Of a DNA stretch of 64,000 bases, positions 1-9,757 are shown one piece after another (within the stretch, counting starts at the first letter, position 1; the number at the start of each line of letters is the position of its first letter). The position numbers were made by a program, and so were the translations under genes. Below the pieces are notes generated by a model. The model was not told the DNA's origin. It did not search any database and saw nothing but the letters and a program-made list of their open reading frames with translations. The stretch spans positions 96,001-160,000 of the forward strand of contig CAWAGQ010000010.1 in NCBI GenBank assembly GCA_963781585.1, written 5' to 3'. The DNA comes from an uncultured Gemmatimonadaceae bacterium (GTDB lineage: Bacteria > Gemmatimonadota > Gemmatimonadetes > Gemmatimonadales > Gemmatimonadaceae).

Positions 1-2271
1 GCTGGCGTGTCGCGGAACAACCTGATGATGTACTGGGGGAAGTACGTGCAGCACGACAACAACCGCGACGGGATGGGGCAGTTCCTCGCACTGACGCGGA
101 ACATCGAGAAGTTCGGGCTCGAGTGGCACCCGACGATTCTGCACGATCTCCATGAGGCGCAGACCTTGCTGTACGCCTCGACCGGAACGGGCCCGTACAA
201 TGAGCAGGTCGATGCGATCACGATTGACGAATGGTGGCTGCTCGCCGAGAACGACATCATCGAGATGACGAAGCGCGGCGTACCCGGCGTGTGGACGTAC
301 GGATTCTACGACGGCTGGGTCCCGAACTACATGTTCTTCGTTGCCCATGCGCACAACGCGATCGGACGGTTCTACGAGGTCCAGGGTTACGGTCCGGATA
401 CCAGCACCGTTCGGGTCAATCAGAGCCGGGAGTGGTTCCGTCCGAACCCCACGCCGTCCACGGTGCCATGGGGCCCGCGCAACAACACGAACATCCAGGA
501 GTCCGCGATTCTCTTCGCGCTGAACCGGGTGGGGAAGGACCGCGAGCTGTTCCTCGACAACTACTGGGTCAAGAACAAGCGGGCCGTGGAGAAAGGGAAG
601 GACGGCCCCACCTATGCGTGGGTCATCCCGGCCACCCAGCGGCGCAAGGCCGATGCCGCCGACGCCGTGAACGAGCTGATCGACCAGGGGGTCGAGTTCC
701 ACACCGCGTCGTCCGCGTTCAAGGCGGGGAGCGTGGATGTGAAACCTGGCGACTACATCATTCGCGGCGACCAGCCGTATCGCACGGTGGCCGACATGTA
801 CTTCTCGGTGCAGCGCTACGCCACGGGGAATCCGTCACCGTACGACGACACGGGATGGACCTTCCAGTACCTGCGCGACGTGGTGATCGACCCGGTCGAC
901 GACAAGGCAGTTCTGCAGCAACCGATGAAGATGGTGTCCGGCCACGTCACGGCTCCGGGAGGCATCGCCGGCGCAGGCAACGTGATCGTGGTGGAGCACA
1001 GCGGTGACAACAACATCGTCACATTCCGCTACAAGCTCGCCAATGTGAAGATGGAGGCCGCCGAAGATGATTTCGATGCCAGCGGCCATCACTTCCGGGC
1101 CGGCGCCATCATCATCCCCAACGCCAACGCGGCGCAGGTGGGCCCGGTCCTCAAGAACCTGGGGCTCTCGGCGTGGGCGATGGCGTCGGCGCCTGCCGTG
1201 AAGACCCACGACCTCGACATCCCGCGCATTCTGTATCTGCACAGCTGGAGCCGGACGCAGGACGAGGGCTGGGTGCGCGCGGCGCTGGAGACCTACGGCA
1301 TTCCGTTCACGTACACGGGTGACAAGGAACTGGCGAACATGCCGGATCTGCGCTCGAAATACGACGTCGTCATCTACCCCCACACGGGTGGGAGCGCGCA
1401 GTCGGTGGTAGCCGGGGTGCCCATGGCGGGAAGCGCGCCGGTCCCGTATCGCAAGACGGCGGAGACACCGAGCTTCGGGACGCCCGATTCCACCGACGAT
1501 ATCCGCGGCGGCATGGGGATCGACGGCCTGATGAACCTCTACCGGTTCGTCGAAGCCGGCGGCACGCTCATCACCGAAGGGTCGACGTCCACGCTCTTCC
1601 CGGAATACAATCTCACGCCGGGTGTCTCGGTCGAAAGCCCGGACGGCCTTTTTGCGCGCGGCACGATCCTGCGCGGTATGGTGAGTGACGCGAAGAGCCC
1701 CCTCGCCTACGGCCTCGCCGACGCGCAGATCCCGGTCTACTTCAGCCAGGGCCCGGTGTTGAATGCAGGTGGCGGTGGAGGTGCGTTTGCCTTCGGCCGC
1801 GGAGGACGTGGAGGCAATGATTACAGTCAGAACACGCAGCCGATGGCCAACCCACCAGCGGTTTCGACGTTTCCCTCGTTAGGTGGTGCCGGAGAACCGG
1901 AGGCGGAGACCGGTGGCGGCCGCGGCGGCAGGGGAGGAGGGCGTGGATTCGGTGGTGGTGGCCGCGGATTCGGCGGGTTCGGCGGCGGCGGTGCCACCGA
2001 GGCCCCGCGCGTGGTGCTGCGCTTCCCGACCGACACCACCCAGATGCTGCTCTCCGGCGTGCTGGCGGGCGGCAGCGCGCTCTCGGGACGCGCCCAGCTG
2101 GTGGATGCGCCGGTGGGGAAGGGGCATGTGGTCAGCTTTGCCATTCGCCCCTACTGGCGTTGGCAGACGCAGGGAACCTACATCTTCGGCTTCAACGCCA
2201 TCCTGAACTGGAACGACCTCGACGCCGGGCGGCCGGCGCCGCGCCAGCCGGCCAGCGAAGGGCGGCGGTAG
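1..2271 (+). CDS. M14-family zinc carboxypeptidase-like protein with C-terminal class I GATase-like domain (5' end outside window)
   Basis: Frame open from base 1; HDNNRD and HDLHE motifs typical of M14-like enzymes; GGTLI segment in the C-terminal domain; Gly/RGG-rich inserts. Confidence 0.7.
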   Translation, partial: AGVSRNNLMMYWGKYVQHDNNRDGMGQFLALTRNIEKFGLEWHPTILHDLHEAQTLLYASTGTGPYNEQVDAITIDEWWLLAENDIIEMTKRGVPGVWTYGFYDGWVPNYMFFVAHAHNAIGRFYEVQGYGPDTSTVRVNQSREWFRPNPTPSTVPWGPRNNTNIQESAILFALNRVGKDRELFLDNYWVKNKRAVEKGKDGPTYAWVIPATQRRKADAADAVNELIDQGVEFHTASSAFKAGSVDVKPGDYIIRGDQPYRTVADMYFSVQRYATGNPSPYDDTGWTFQYLRDVVIDPVDDKAVLQQPMKMVSGHVTAPGGIAGAGNVIVVEHSGDNNIVTFRYKLANVKMEAAEDDFDASGHHFRAGAIIIPNANAAQVGPVLKNLGLSAWAMASAPAVKTHDLDIPRILYLHSWSRTQDEGWVRAALETYGIPFTYTGDKELANMPDLRSKYDVVIYPHTGGSAQSVVAGVPMAGSAPVPYRKTAETPSFGTPDSTDDIRGGMGIDGLMNLYRFVEAGGTLITEGSTSTLFPEYNLTPGVSVESPDGLFARGTILRGMVSDAKSPLAYGLADAQIPVYFSQGPVLNAGGGGGAFAFGRGGRGGNDYSQNTQPMANPPAVSTFPSLGGAGEPEAETGGGRGGRGGGRGFGGGGRGFGGFGGGGATEAPRVVLRFPTDTTQMLLSGVLAGGSALSGRAQLVDAPVGKGHVVSFAIRPYWRWQTQGTYIFGFNAILNWNDLDAGRPAPRQPASEGRR

Positions 2272-2294
2272 CAGTATCCGAGCGCGGAAGGACT

Positions 2295-2324
2295 CGAGCG
2301 GGCTCCGATTCCGGAGCCCGCTCG
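2295..2324. terminator. Perfect 13-bp hairpin between convergent genes (probable bidirectional terminator)
   Basis: cgagcgggctccg-attc-cggagcccgctcg. Confidence 0.6.
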
Positions 2325-5324
2325 TTAGGTGTTGCGGCCGTTGTGGGAGGTCGGCGCGTCGAGCGCTTCGCGTACCTTCTGCGCCAGCCCGGCAATCGTA
2401 AACGGCTTCTGCAGCAGCATGATGTCGTGCTCCAGCAGGCGGTGTTGGAGAATCACGTCATCGGTGTACCCTGACACGAACAGCACGCGCAGCTCGGGTC
2501 GCAGGTGCCGGACCCGCTCCGCGAGTTCGCGTCCTCCCATTCGTGGGAGCACCACGTCCGTCAGCAGCAGATGGATGGGGTCCCGGTGCTCCTGAAGCAA
2601 CCGGAGGGCGCTCTCACCGTCCGCGGCCTGAAGCACCGTGTGCCCGCGACTCGTGAGAGCACGCGACGCGATGGCGCGCAGAGGGGCCTCGTCTTCCACC
2701 AGGAGTATGGTCTCGGTGCCGTGCGCGTCGACCTGGGCGGCGCCGAAGGGCGCGCGTTCGCTCGTCTTCTCCATACGCGGCAAGTAGACCTTGATGGTGG
2801 TGCCGACGTCCACCTCGCTGTATACGCCGATATGACCGCCGAACTGCCTGACGATGGCGTAGCAGGTCGCGAGCCCAAGGCCCGTCCCCTTGCCGTGCTC
2901 CTTGGTGGTGAAGAATGGCTCGAACAAGTGTGACTGCACGTCGGCCGTCATGCCGCTGCCGGTGTCGCTCACCGAAAACATCAGGTATTCGCCCGGCGCG
3001 CAGTCGGCGTGGAGCCGCGTGTACTCCGCGTCGAGGGCGACGGCCGCCGTTTCGATTACCAGCAGTCCGCCGGTCGGCATGGCGTCGCGGGCATTCACCA
3101 CCAGGTTGACCACGACCTGCTCGATCTGCCCGCGATCCGCGCGGATTGCGCCGAGGGCATCGGCGAGCCGGGTCCGAAGCTCCACATCCTCGCCGATCAG
3201 ACGTCGCAACATCGTCGTCAGCCCTGCCACCACGTCGCTGAGGTCGAGATCTGCCGGGGCAACGAGCTGTCGGCGTGAGAACGACAGAAGCTGACGGGTC
3301 AGCAGCGTCGCGCGTTCCGCCGCCTTCTTGATCTCTTCCATGGATGTCCGCCAATCGTACTGCCCAGCCGGTCCGCTCATCGACATGTCGCACTCGGCGA
3401 GAATGACCGTGAGCAGGTTGTTGAAATCGTGGGCAACACCTCCGGCCAGGCGGCCAACGGCCTCGAGTTTCTGCGCCTGGCGGAACTGATCCTCGAGCTG
3501 ATGCTGCTCGGTGACGTCGAGCAGCGCGCCCACCACCTGCGCCGGCCTGCCCTGCGGGTCGGCCAGAACGCGTTGCTCATCACGAATCCAGTGCCAGGAC
3601 GCATCCTTGTGGCGGAACCGATATGCCTGAGTGGCGTCGCGCGCGAAGCGAGAAGGATCGTCGAGGAGCCGAGTCCGGTCTTCCGCGTGCAGATGCTCGG
3701 TCCACCATCCCGGCGCGAGCGCCTCGTCTGTCGAGTAGCCGAGGATCCGCGTAACGTTCTCGCTGATCCACTCGAGGCGGGCTTCTCCCGACTGCATGCG
3801 CATCTGATAGATCACGGCGCTGCTGGCGGCAATGACCTTCTGCAGGCGCTCCCGCGCGGCGCGCAGTTCGCGTTCCGCGCGTCGGCTCTCCGTCACGTCG
3901 GTGGCGAGGACCAGCCGCGCCCGGCGACCGTCGAACGTCAGTTCATGCGACGTGACCTCCACTTCGATGAGCGCGCCGTCCTTCTTCCGGTGCCGCCACA
4001 CTCCCGCATTCTCGAACTCGGGCGGCAACTGCGAGATGACGCGAAGCAGGGCCGCCACGTCCTCTTCCGGCCGGATGTCGCGGATAGACATCCCGAGCAG
4101 TTCGCCGCGGGAATATCCGTAGTGCTGGACCATCGCCTTGTTCACGTCCAGGAACGCGAGCGTGGCAACGTCAAAGACATACATCGGATTCGGGTTGTGC
4201 TCGAACAGATCCCGGTACCGCGCTTCCGAGGCCGCCAGCGCCACCACCTGATCCTGGAGCTGGCGCCGCGAGTCCGATACGCTAGTGGCCATGCCATTGA
4301 ACGCGGCGCCCAGGGCGCCCACCTCATCACGCCTGACGATGCGTACCCGGCGAGAGTAGTCCCCGGCGCTGACCGCCGCCGCAGCCTCGGCAACCTCCAG
4401 AAGCGGCCGCGCGAAGCGGCCACTGACTGTCCACGCGATGGCCGCCGCCGCGGCCAGCAAAGCCAGTCCCACGATGACCTGCCACAGAAGAATCTCGTGT
4501 GCTCGCTGCAGGACGAGCGCGCTCGGCAGCTCCGCAACCACCGACCATGGCGTGTTCGCGACCGGCGCCACCGATGCAAGCCATACGCTCCCATCGGGTC
4601 GCGCGATACGGAACACGCTGTCCGGTGTGGCGACAGTGAGCGGGGGCGCGTGAACCACACTCGCGAGGTCGGTCCAGACGTCGCCGGCGGAGTTGCCCAG
4701 CAGCAGGCGTGCCTCCGACCCCGCGAGTTCGTTCAGTTGGTCCTTCACCTGCGGGCTGAGTCCGAGGCGTCGGACTTCGATCACCCACCCGACAGGGCGC
4801 CCGGCAGGCCGCACGCGCGCCAGGACGGCGTAGAAGACGCCCGTGTCCACGGCGAACAGCGGACCCACCACCGCCGCATCATCAGCATCGCCGCGCGCGG
4901 CAATGAGTGCGCGCGCCACGCTGTCCCGCACCGCGCCTCCAGTCGACGTGGCGAGGACAACTTTACCTCCGGGGTCGCGCAACTCGATCGCGATGAGGTT
5001 CGGGCTTCGCCGCGCCACTGCCCGGAGCGTATCGAGCAGACGTCCCGATCCCGTGGTGTGGGCGGAGCCGAGTCGCGCCGCGACCGACGGGAGCGACACG
5101 ATCGCCCTGGCGTGCGCCAGGAGAGTCGCCCCGGAATTGCCCAGAACGTCGCTCATGCGCCGGGTGGCACTCTGCACGCTCTGCACCGCGCGCAACTGTT
5201 CGGCGCGCCGTTCCTCACGATACCCGGCACCGCCATAAATAACGACCACACCGAGCACGATACCGCAGATCAGCAGAGGGAGCCGGTATCGAATCGAGAG
5301 AGCGCGACTAGCTCCCATGTCCAT
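2325..5324 (-). CDS. Hybrid sensor histidine kinase (TM-HAMP-PAS-PAS-HisKA-HATPase-REC)
   Basis: AHDFNNLL H-box, NARDAM N-box, [15 protein letters not shown]-terminal receiver (LLVEDE, LTDVVLP, KPF). Confidence 0.92.
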   Translation of the reverse strand: MDMGASRALSIRYRLPLLICGIVLGVVVIYGGAGYREERRAEQLRAVQSVQSATRRMSDVLGNSGATLLAHARAIVSLPSVAARLGSAHTTGSGRLLDTLRAVARRSPNLIAIELRDPGGKVVLATSTGGAVRDSVARALIAARGDADDAAVVGPLFAVDTGVFYAVLARVRPAGRPVGWVIEVRRLGLSPQVKDQLNELAGSEARLLLGNSAGDVWTDLASVVHAPPLTVATPDSVFRIARPDGSVWLASVAPVANTPWSVVAELPSALVLQRAHEILLWQVIVGLALLAAAAAIAWTVSGRFARPLLEVAEAAAAVSAGDYSRRVRIVRRDEVGALGAAFNGMATSVSDSRRQLQDQVVALAASEARYRDLFEHNPNPMYVFDVATLAFLDVNKAMVQHYGYSRGELLGMSIRDIRPEEDVAALLRVISQLPPEFENAGVWRHRKKDGALIEVEVTSHELTFDGRRARLVLATDVTESRRAERELRAARERLQKVIAASSAVIYQMRMQSGEARLEWISENVTRILGYSTDEALAPGWWTEHLHAEDRTRLLDDPSRFARDATQAYRFRHKDASWHWIRDEQRVLADPQGRPAQVVGALLDVTEQHQLEDQFRQAQKLEAVGRLAGGVAHDFNNLLTVILAECDMSMSGPAGQYDWRTSMEEIKKAAERATLLTRQLLSFSRRQLVAPADLDLSDVVAGLTTMLRRLIGEDVELRTRLADALGAIRADRGQIEQVVVNLVVNARDAMPTGGLLVIETAAVALDAEYTRLHADCAPGEYLMFSVSDTGSGMTADVQSHLFEPFFTTKEHGKGTGLGLATCYAIVRQFGGHIGVYSEVDVGTTIKVYLPRMEKTSERAPFGAAQVDAHGTETILLVEDEAPLRAIASRALTSRGHTVLQAADGESALRLLQEHRDPIHLLLTDVVLPRMGGRELAERVRHLRPELRVLFVSGYTDDVILQHRLLEHDIMLLQKPFTIAGLAQKVREALDAPTSHNGRNT

Positions 5325-5635
5325 CGCTCCGTCCAGCGTCTGGCCGCCGAATGTGAATGGCTGAGCCGGTCTGCGAGCCGCCGGCCGATATCAGCATGGG
5401 TGTGCGAGCGAAAAACTGCAACATGAACGCAGGATTATCCGGACCCGCAAGAATAGTTAGAATCCCTCAATGTGTGCCAGGTCTCACTTGGAGCGTGCCC
5501 TTCGCAGCGGACGCGCGCGCGCGGGCATCCGTCACGCCTGACCCAATTTGTGGACGACGAACAGGAAGCGCGTGGCTTGTCCGGCGCGGGGCCGACTGTC
5601 GCCGAGATCCCGGCCTTGATGCGTGCCCCTGAGAA

Positions 5636-5662
5636 GAACGCCGGCCCAACGGGCCGGCGTTC
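5636..5662 (-). terminator. Intrinsic terminator-like hairpin after the DsrE-like gene
   Basis: gaacgccggccc-aac-gggccggcgttc, pyrimidine-rich tail on the minus strand. Confidence 0.5.
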
Positions 5663-5691
5663 GGTCGAGCGGGTGACGAGTGAGGACGGGA

Positions 5692-6369
5692 TCAGCTGGC
5701 GCGCAAATAGATGCACCCCGCCTCCTGAGCGCGAATGGCGGCAAAGACGCCGGAAGGCTGGAGGACGACACCAGGTACCAGGTATGCCAGCGCGCGCTTC
5801 CGGGCTTCATCGTCGCTCACTCCGTCCTTCGACTTCACCGTCTGCACGCAGTCGTCGAAGGCGATGTTGCACGCCAGTGCCACGCCCCCCCGGGCGATGA
5901 ACTTGTCCAGCTGCACCGGATCGTAGTCAGCCGGTATTTCGCCGCGCGCCGATGACAGGAGCACCGGGTTGCGATCGGTCGGTTCCTGTGTGACCGGGTG
6001 CAGGACGTGCTTGGCCTTGCCGATGTCATACTTGTCCCAGTAGGACTGCTGCATGGCGAGGGCGATTCCCTCGTGGCGCATCACAACGACGGCCGAGAGG
6101 TCGCGCGCCGGGATCCCGAGAACCTGGTTGTACTGACTGGTCCACAGCGTCGCCCGCCACACACCGTACCCGCTCTCGATGCCCGGGACGTCGAACACCG
6201 CCTTGTGCGCCCCGGTCAGGCGGTCCACCCATGAGAGATCCCATTTCTCCTGGGAATGCGGCGATGCCGCGAGCGTTCGCGTGACGGCGTCGATGGACAG
6301 CGGGGCGGCGCTCAACAGCGCCGCTCCGGCGCCGATGCGCTCGATGAACTCACGTCGCGTGGTCTCCAC
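5692..6369 (-). CDS. Tat-exported DsrE/DsrF-like protein
   Basis: GTG start with AGGAGG RBS; TRREFI twin-arginine signal; HKAVFD, ALACNIAF and VLQPSGVFAAIRAQEAG resemble the DsrE fold. Confidence 0.65.
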   Translation of the reverse strand: METTRREFIERIGAGAALLSAAPLSIDAVTRTLAASPHSQEKWDLSWVDRLTGAHKAVFDVPGIESGYGVWRATLWTSQYNQVLGIPARDLSAVVVMRHEGIALAMQQSYWDKYDIGKAKHVLHPVTQEPTDRNPVLLSSARGEIPADYDPVQLDKFIARGGVALACNIAFDDCVQTVKSKDGVSDDEARKRALAYLVPGVVLQPSGVFAAIRAQEAGCIYLRAS

Positions 6370-6814
6370 GGCAGCCTCCTGAAAGGGGGTGTTTCCGCAA
6401 GCGGCAGTAGTATCGTTAGGCAGTCGGACCGGCATGGACCGAAACGCCGATGGTATTGTCTGCAACGCGATGCCCCGCTCGCCCGGCACGCGGGGAGGCG
6501 CGCCCTCGCCAGCCGCCTCCGATCCCGGCCGGGTGACCGCGGGACGGTACACGCCAACCGGTCAAATCTCGCCACGGAGAAACGGCTCCGTCCAGCCGGT
6601 GGTCCCGGCACAACTTCTTGGACAGCTCCTTGTCCATTGCCAGCGCGCGGTCACAGCAGGAGGGAGAATACGCCGGTCCAAGGTCGTGCCGGCGCTCATT
6701 ACGCGGCCGCGCAGGTCAGACCGGGAGACGGCACCATTGACACGTGGTGAAGCCGCAAACACTCTGGTCGCTTCCATTCCGGGGTGATCAGGCAGCCAGC
6801 CAGGAGCATACGCC

Positions 6815-8101
6815 ATGCGCTATAGCAAGCCGACGGTGACGCGTCGAGGCCTCCTCGCCGGCGCGGCAGGCGCTCTGGGAAGCGCGGTTCTCGCAGGCCT
6901 TCCGGCGGCGGCACGGTCGTCAGGGGAGGGAGTCGCGGGAAACGGGCAGGTCGCCGCGGGCGCCGACCACGGCCCCGGCGTGGCGGATCCAACCTCTGCG
7001 CCCGGCGTGCCCACCAGCGCAATCGGGTCGCGCTCGCCGTTCGCCGAACCGACTCCTCGAGCGCCGATTGGTCAGATCGTCGGCAGCTCCTTCACGCCGC
7101 TCCAAAGTCTGAGCGGCACCATCACACCCTCCGATCTCCATTTCGAACGGCATCACGCCGGGGTACCACGGATCGATCCGCAACACCATCGTCTGCTCAT
7201 CCACGGACTGGTGCAGCGGCCGTTGATGCTGACCGTGGATGAGGTGAAGCGCTTCCCCTCGGTCACGCGCCTTCATTTCGTGGAGTGTTCGGGAAACGGG
7301 CGCAGCGCGTGGGTGGCTCCGAAACCGGAGATGTCGCCGCAGCAGGTGGACGGACTCACCAGCAACTCCGAATGGACGGGTGTGCCACTCGCGGTCCTCC
7401 TCGAGGAAGCCGGGGCGGCGCCGGACGCCACGTGGTTTCTCGCCGAGGGCGGCGACGCGTGCAAGCTCGCCCGGAGCATCCCGATCGAGAAGGCGCGCGA
7501 CGACGCGTTGGTGGTCTGGGGCCAGAACGGCGAGCCGCTTCGGCCGGAGCAGGGCTTCCCGTTGCGCCTCCTGCTGCCCGGCTACGAGGGAAACACCAAC
7601 GTCAAATGGCTGCGCCGGATCGAACTTGGAAGGCAACCGTGGATGACCCGGTGGGAGACGTCGACGTACACCGATCCGCTGCCTGACGGGACCGCCCGGC
7701 AGTTCAGTTTCGCGATGGACGCGAAGTCGGTCATCACATCGCCAGCGTACCCCGGCAGGCTGCCGGCGCCGGGATGGTATCCGGTCTCCGGGGTGGCGTG
7801 GTCGGGCCGCGGGCGCATCACGCGTGTGGAAGTTAGCACCGACGCCGGCCGTACCTGGTCGGATGCCGTGCTGGACGGTCCAGCGCCGGCGCGCGCGCAC
7901 ACGCGCTTCTCGCTCATGTGGGAATGGCGTGCGGAAGAAACGACTTTGCTGAGCCGGGCTACCGACGATACCGGCTACGTGCAGCCCACCCGGCAGGCGC
8001 TGCTGGCAGTGCGGGGCATCGGCACGAGCTACCATTTCAACTGCATCCGCGGGTGGCGGGTGCAGCGCGACGGCCGCGTGTTCTTTCACGGGGAGACCTG
8101 A
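6815..8101 (+). CDS. soxC: Molybdopterin sulfite/sulfane dehydrogenase, SoxC-like, Tat-exported
   Basis: TRRGLL Tat motif; HFERHH; ECSGNGR Mo-ligand Cys; GFPLRLLLPGYEGNTNVKWL; C-terminal dimerisation domain. Confidence 0.85.
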   Translation: MRYSKPTVTRRGLLAGAAGALGSAVLAGLPAAARSSGEGVAGNGQVAAGADHGPGVADPTSAPGVPTSAIGSRSPFAEPTPRAPIGQIVGSSFTPLQSLSGTITPSDLHFERHHAGVPRIDPQHHRLLIHGLVQRPLMLTVDEVKRFPSVTRLHFVECSGNGRSAWVAPKPEMSPQQVDGLTSNSEWTGVPLAVLLEEAGAAPDATWFLAEGGDACKLARSIPIEKARDDALVVWGQNGEPLRPEQGFPLRLLLPGYEGNTNVKWLRRIELGRQPWMTRWETSTYTDPLPDGTARQFSFAMDAKSVITSPAYPGRLPAPGWYPVSGVAWSGRGRITRVEVSTDAGRTWSDAVLDGPAPARAHTRFSLMWEWRAEETTLLSRATDDTGYVQPTRQALLAVRGIGTSYHFNCIRGWRVQRDGRVFFHGET

Positions 8102-8712
8102 TGCGGATCGGGCGCGTCGTCGCTGCCGTCGCGGCGTGGGGAGCCTTGTCGTCGTGTGGAGCGCGGGAGCAACACGCCGGAGGCGATTCCGGGCAGACGC
8201 AGGCACCGGCTCCGGCGGCGCCGCGCTACGGCCTGGGGACGGTCGCGACGCCCGCCGAAATCTCGGCGCTCGACATCGACGTGTCGCCGTCGGGCGAAGG
8301 CCTGCCACCGGGGCGTGGCGACGTGGCGTCCGGCGAGCGGCTCTATCGCGCCCAATGCGCGGTGTGTCACGGTGCCAGTGGCGAAGGGATCGCGCCCAAC
8401 CCGCCGCTCATCGGACGCGATCCGCGCTCCGGGTTTCCGTTCGCGACCAATGCCGCGCTGAAGCACACCATCGGTAACTACTGGCCGTACGCCACATCGC
8501 TTTTCGACTACGTCCGGCGGACCATGCCGCTGCTGACGCCGGGGACGCTGTCGAACGACGAGACTTACAGCCTCACCGCATTTCTGCTTGCGGCCAATGG
8601 CATCCTCGCTGCCGGCACCACGCTCGACTCGGCCTCCCTGGTCGCGGTGCGGATGCCGGCGCACGACCGCTTCGTCCCAGACAACCGGCGCGGCGGCCGC
8701 GAGATTCGTTAG
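8101..8712 (+). CDS. soxD: Monoheme cytochrome c, SoxD-like lipoprotein
   Basis: TGATG overlap with soxC; LSSC lipobox; CAVCH; TIGNYWPYATSLFDYVRRTMP. Confidence 0.78.
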   Translation: MRIGRVVAAVAAWGALSSCGAREQHAGGDSGQTQAPAPAAPRYGLGTVATPAEISALDIDVSPSGEGLPPGRGDVASGERLYRAQCAVCHGASGEGIAPNPPLIGRDPRSGFPFATNAALKHTIGNYWPYATSLFDYVRRTMPLLTPGTLSNDETYSLTAFLLAANGILAAGTTLDSASLVAVRMPAHDRFVPDNRRGGREIR

Positions 8713-8717
8713 GCGAG

Positions 8718-9725
8718 ATGCGGTTTCTCAACGTAGCACGCGACCGCGCCGGCTTCCTCATCCTGGTACTGGCGGCCGGCATCCTCTACCTCGTGGCGCC
8801 GTTCATCATGGGGCTGCTGGGTGCGGGCGTCCTGTACGCAGTGTGCGTCGGACCGTACCGCGTCATGCGCCGGCACCTGCATCCGGACCTGGCGGCTTCC
8901 CTCACGCTGATCGGCGCGGTCATCGGCATTGCGCTGCCGCTGGCCTGGCTGGTCAGCCTGGTCGTGGCCCAGGCGCCCGATATCCTGCGCGGCGCGCAGC
9001 AGAGCGATTTTCTGTCGCGGGTGTCGGCGCTGCGCGTCGGGGGACTGCACATCGGCGATCAGATCGCTCGTGCCAGCGGCACCGCGGCCGGATGGGTGTC
9101 ACGCCAGGCATTCAGCGTGTTGGGCAGTGCGACGCAGGCCGTCATCAATCTCTTCATCGCCTTTTTCGGGTTGTACTACCTCCTCCGCTCAGGCGATGAG
9201 CTGTGGACGTCGGTCCGTTCCTACATTCCTTTCTCCGCCGCGACGGCCGATGCGCTGCGGGTGCACTTCTTCAGCATCACCAGAGCCACTCTGCTCGGGA
9301 CGGCCGTCACGGCGCTGCTCCAGGGCAGCATCGTCGGCGCGGGATTCTGGATCGTCGGCCTGCCGCATCCCCTGTTCTGGGGAACGATGACCGGCTTCGC
9401 CTCGGTCCTGCCCGTGCTGGGCAGCGGACTCATCTGGCTCCCTGGAGTGCTGGTGCTTCTCGCAGACGCGCGCTTTGGCCGTGCCATCGTGCTGCTCGCC
9501 ATCGGGGGCGTGCTCGCCAGCAACATCGACAACTTCATCCGTCCGCTCGTCTACAAGCGCGTGTCAGGCATTCATCCGATGATCACGCTGCTCGGCGCGT
9601 TCGCCGGCGTGAAGTACTTCGGCCTGCCCGGTGTGTTGCTCGGGCCGCTGGCGATCACGTATCTGTTCGAGCTGATCGAGTTCTACCGCAAGGAGTACGG
9701 GGCCGCGACCGAAGCGGACGCTTGA
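8718..9725 (+). CDS. AI-2E (PerM) family transporter
   Basis: Multi-TM; IDNFIRP and GVLLGP family motifs. Confidence 0.85.
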   Translation: MRFLNVARDRAGFLILVLAAGILYLVAPFIMGLLGAGVLYAVCVGPYRVMRRHLHPDLAASLTLIGAVIGIALPLAWLVSLVVAQAPDILRGAQQSDFLSRVSALRVGGLHIGDQIARASGTAAGWVSRQAFSVLGSATQAVINLFIAFFGLYYLLRSGDELWTSVRSYIPFSAATADALRVHFFSITRATLLGTAVTALLQGSIVGAGFWIVGLPHPLFWGTMTGFASVLPVLGSGLIWLPGVLVLLADARFGRAIVLLAIGGVLASNIDNFIRPLVYKRVSGIHPMITLLGAFAGVKYFGLPGVLLGPLAITYLFELIEFYRKEYGAATEADA

Positions 9726-9757
9726 CGCACGACGGCCAGGCGGTGTGCCGGCAGTCG

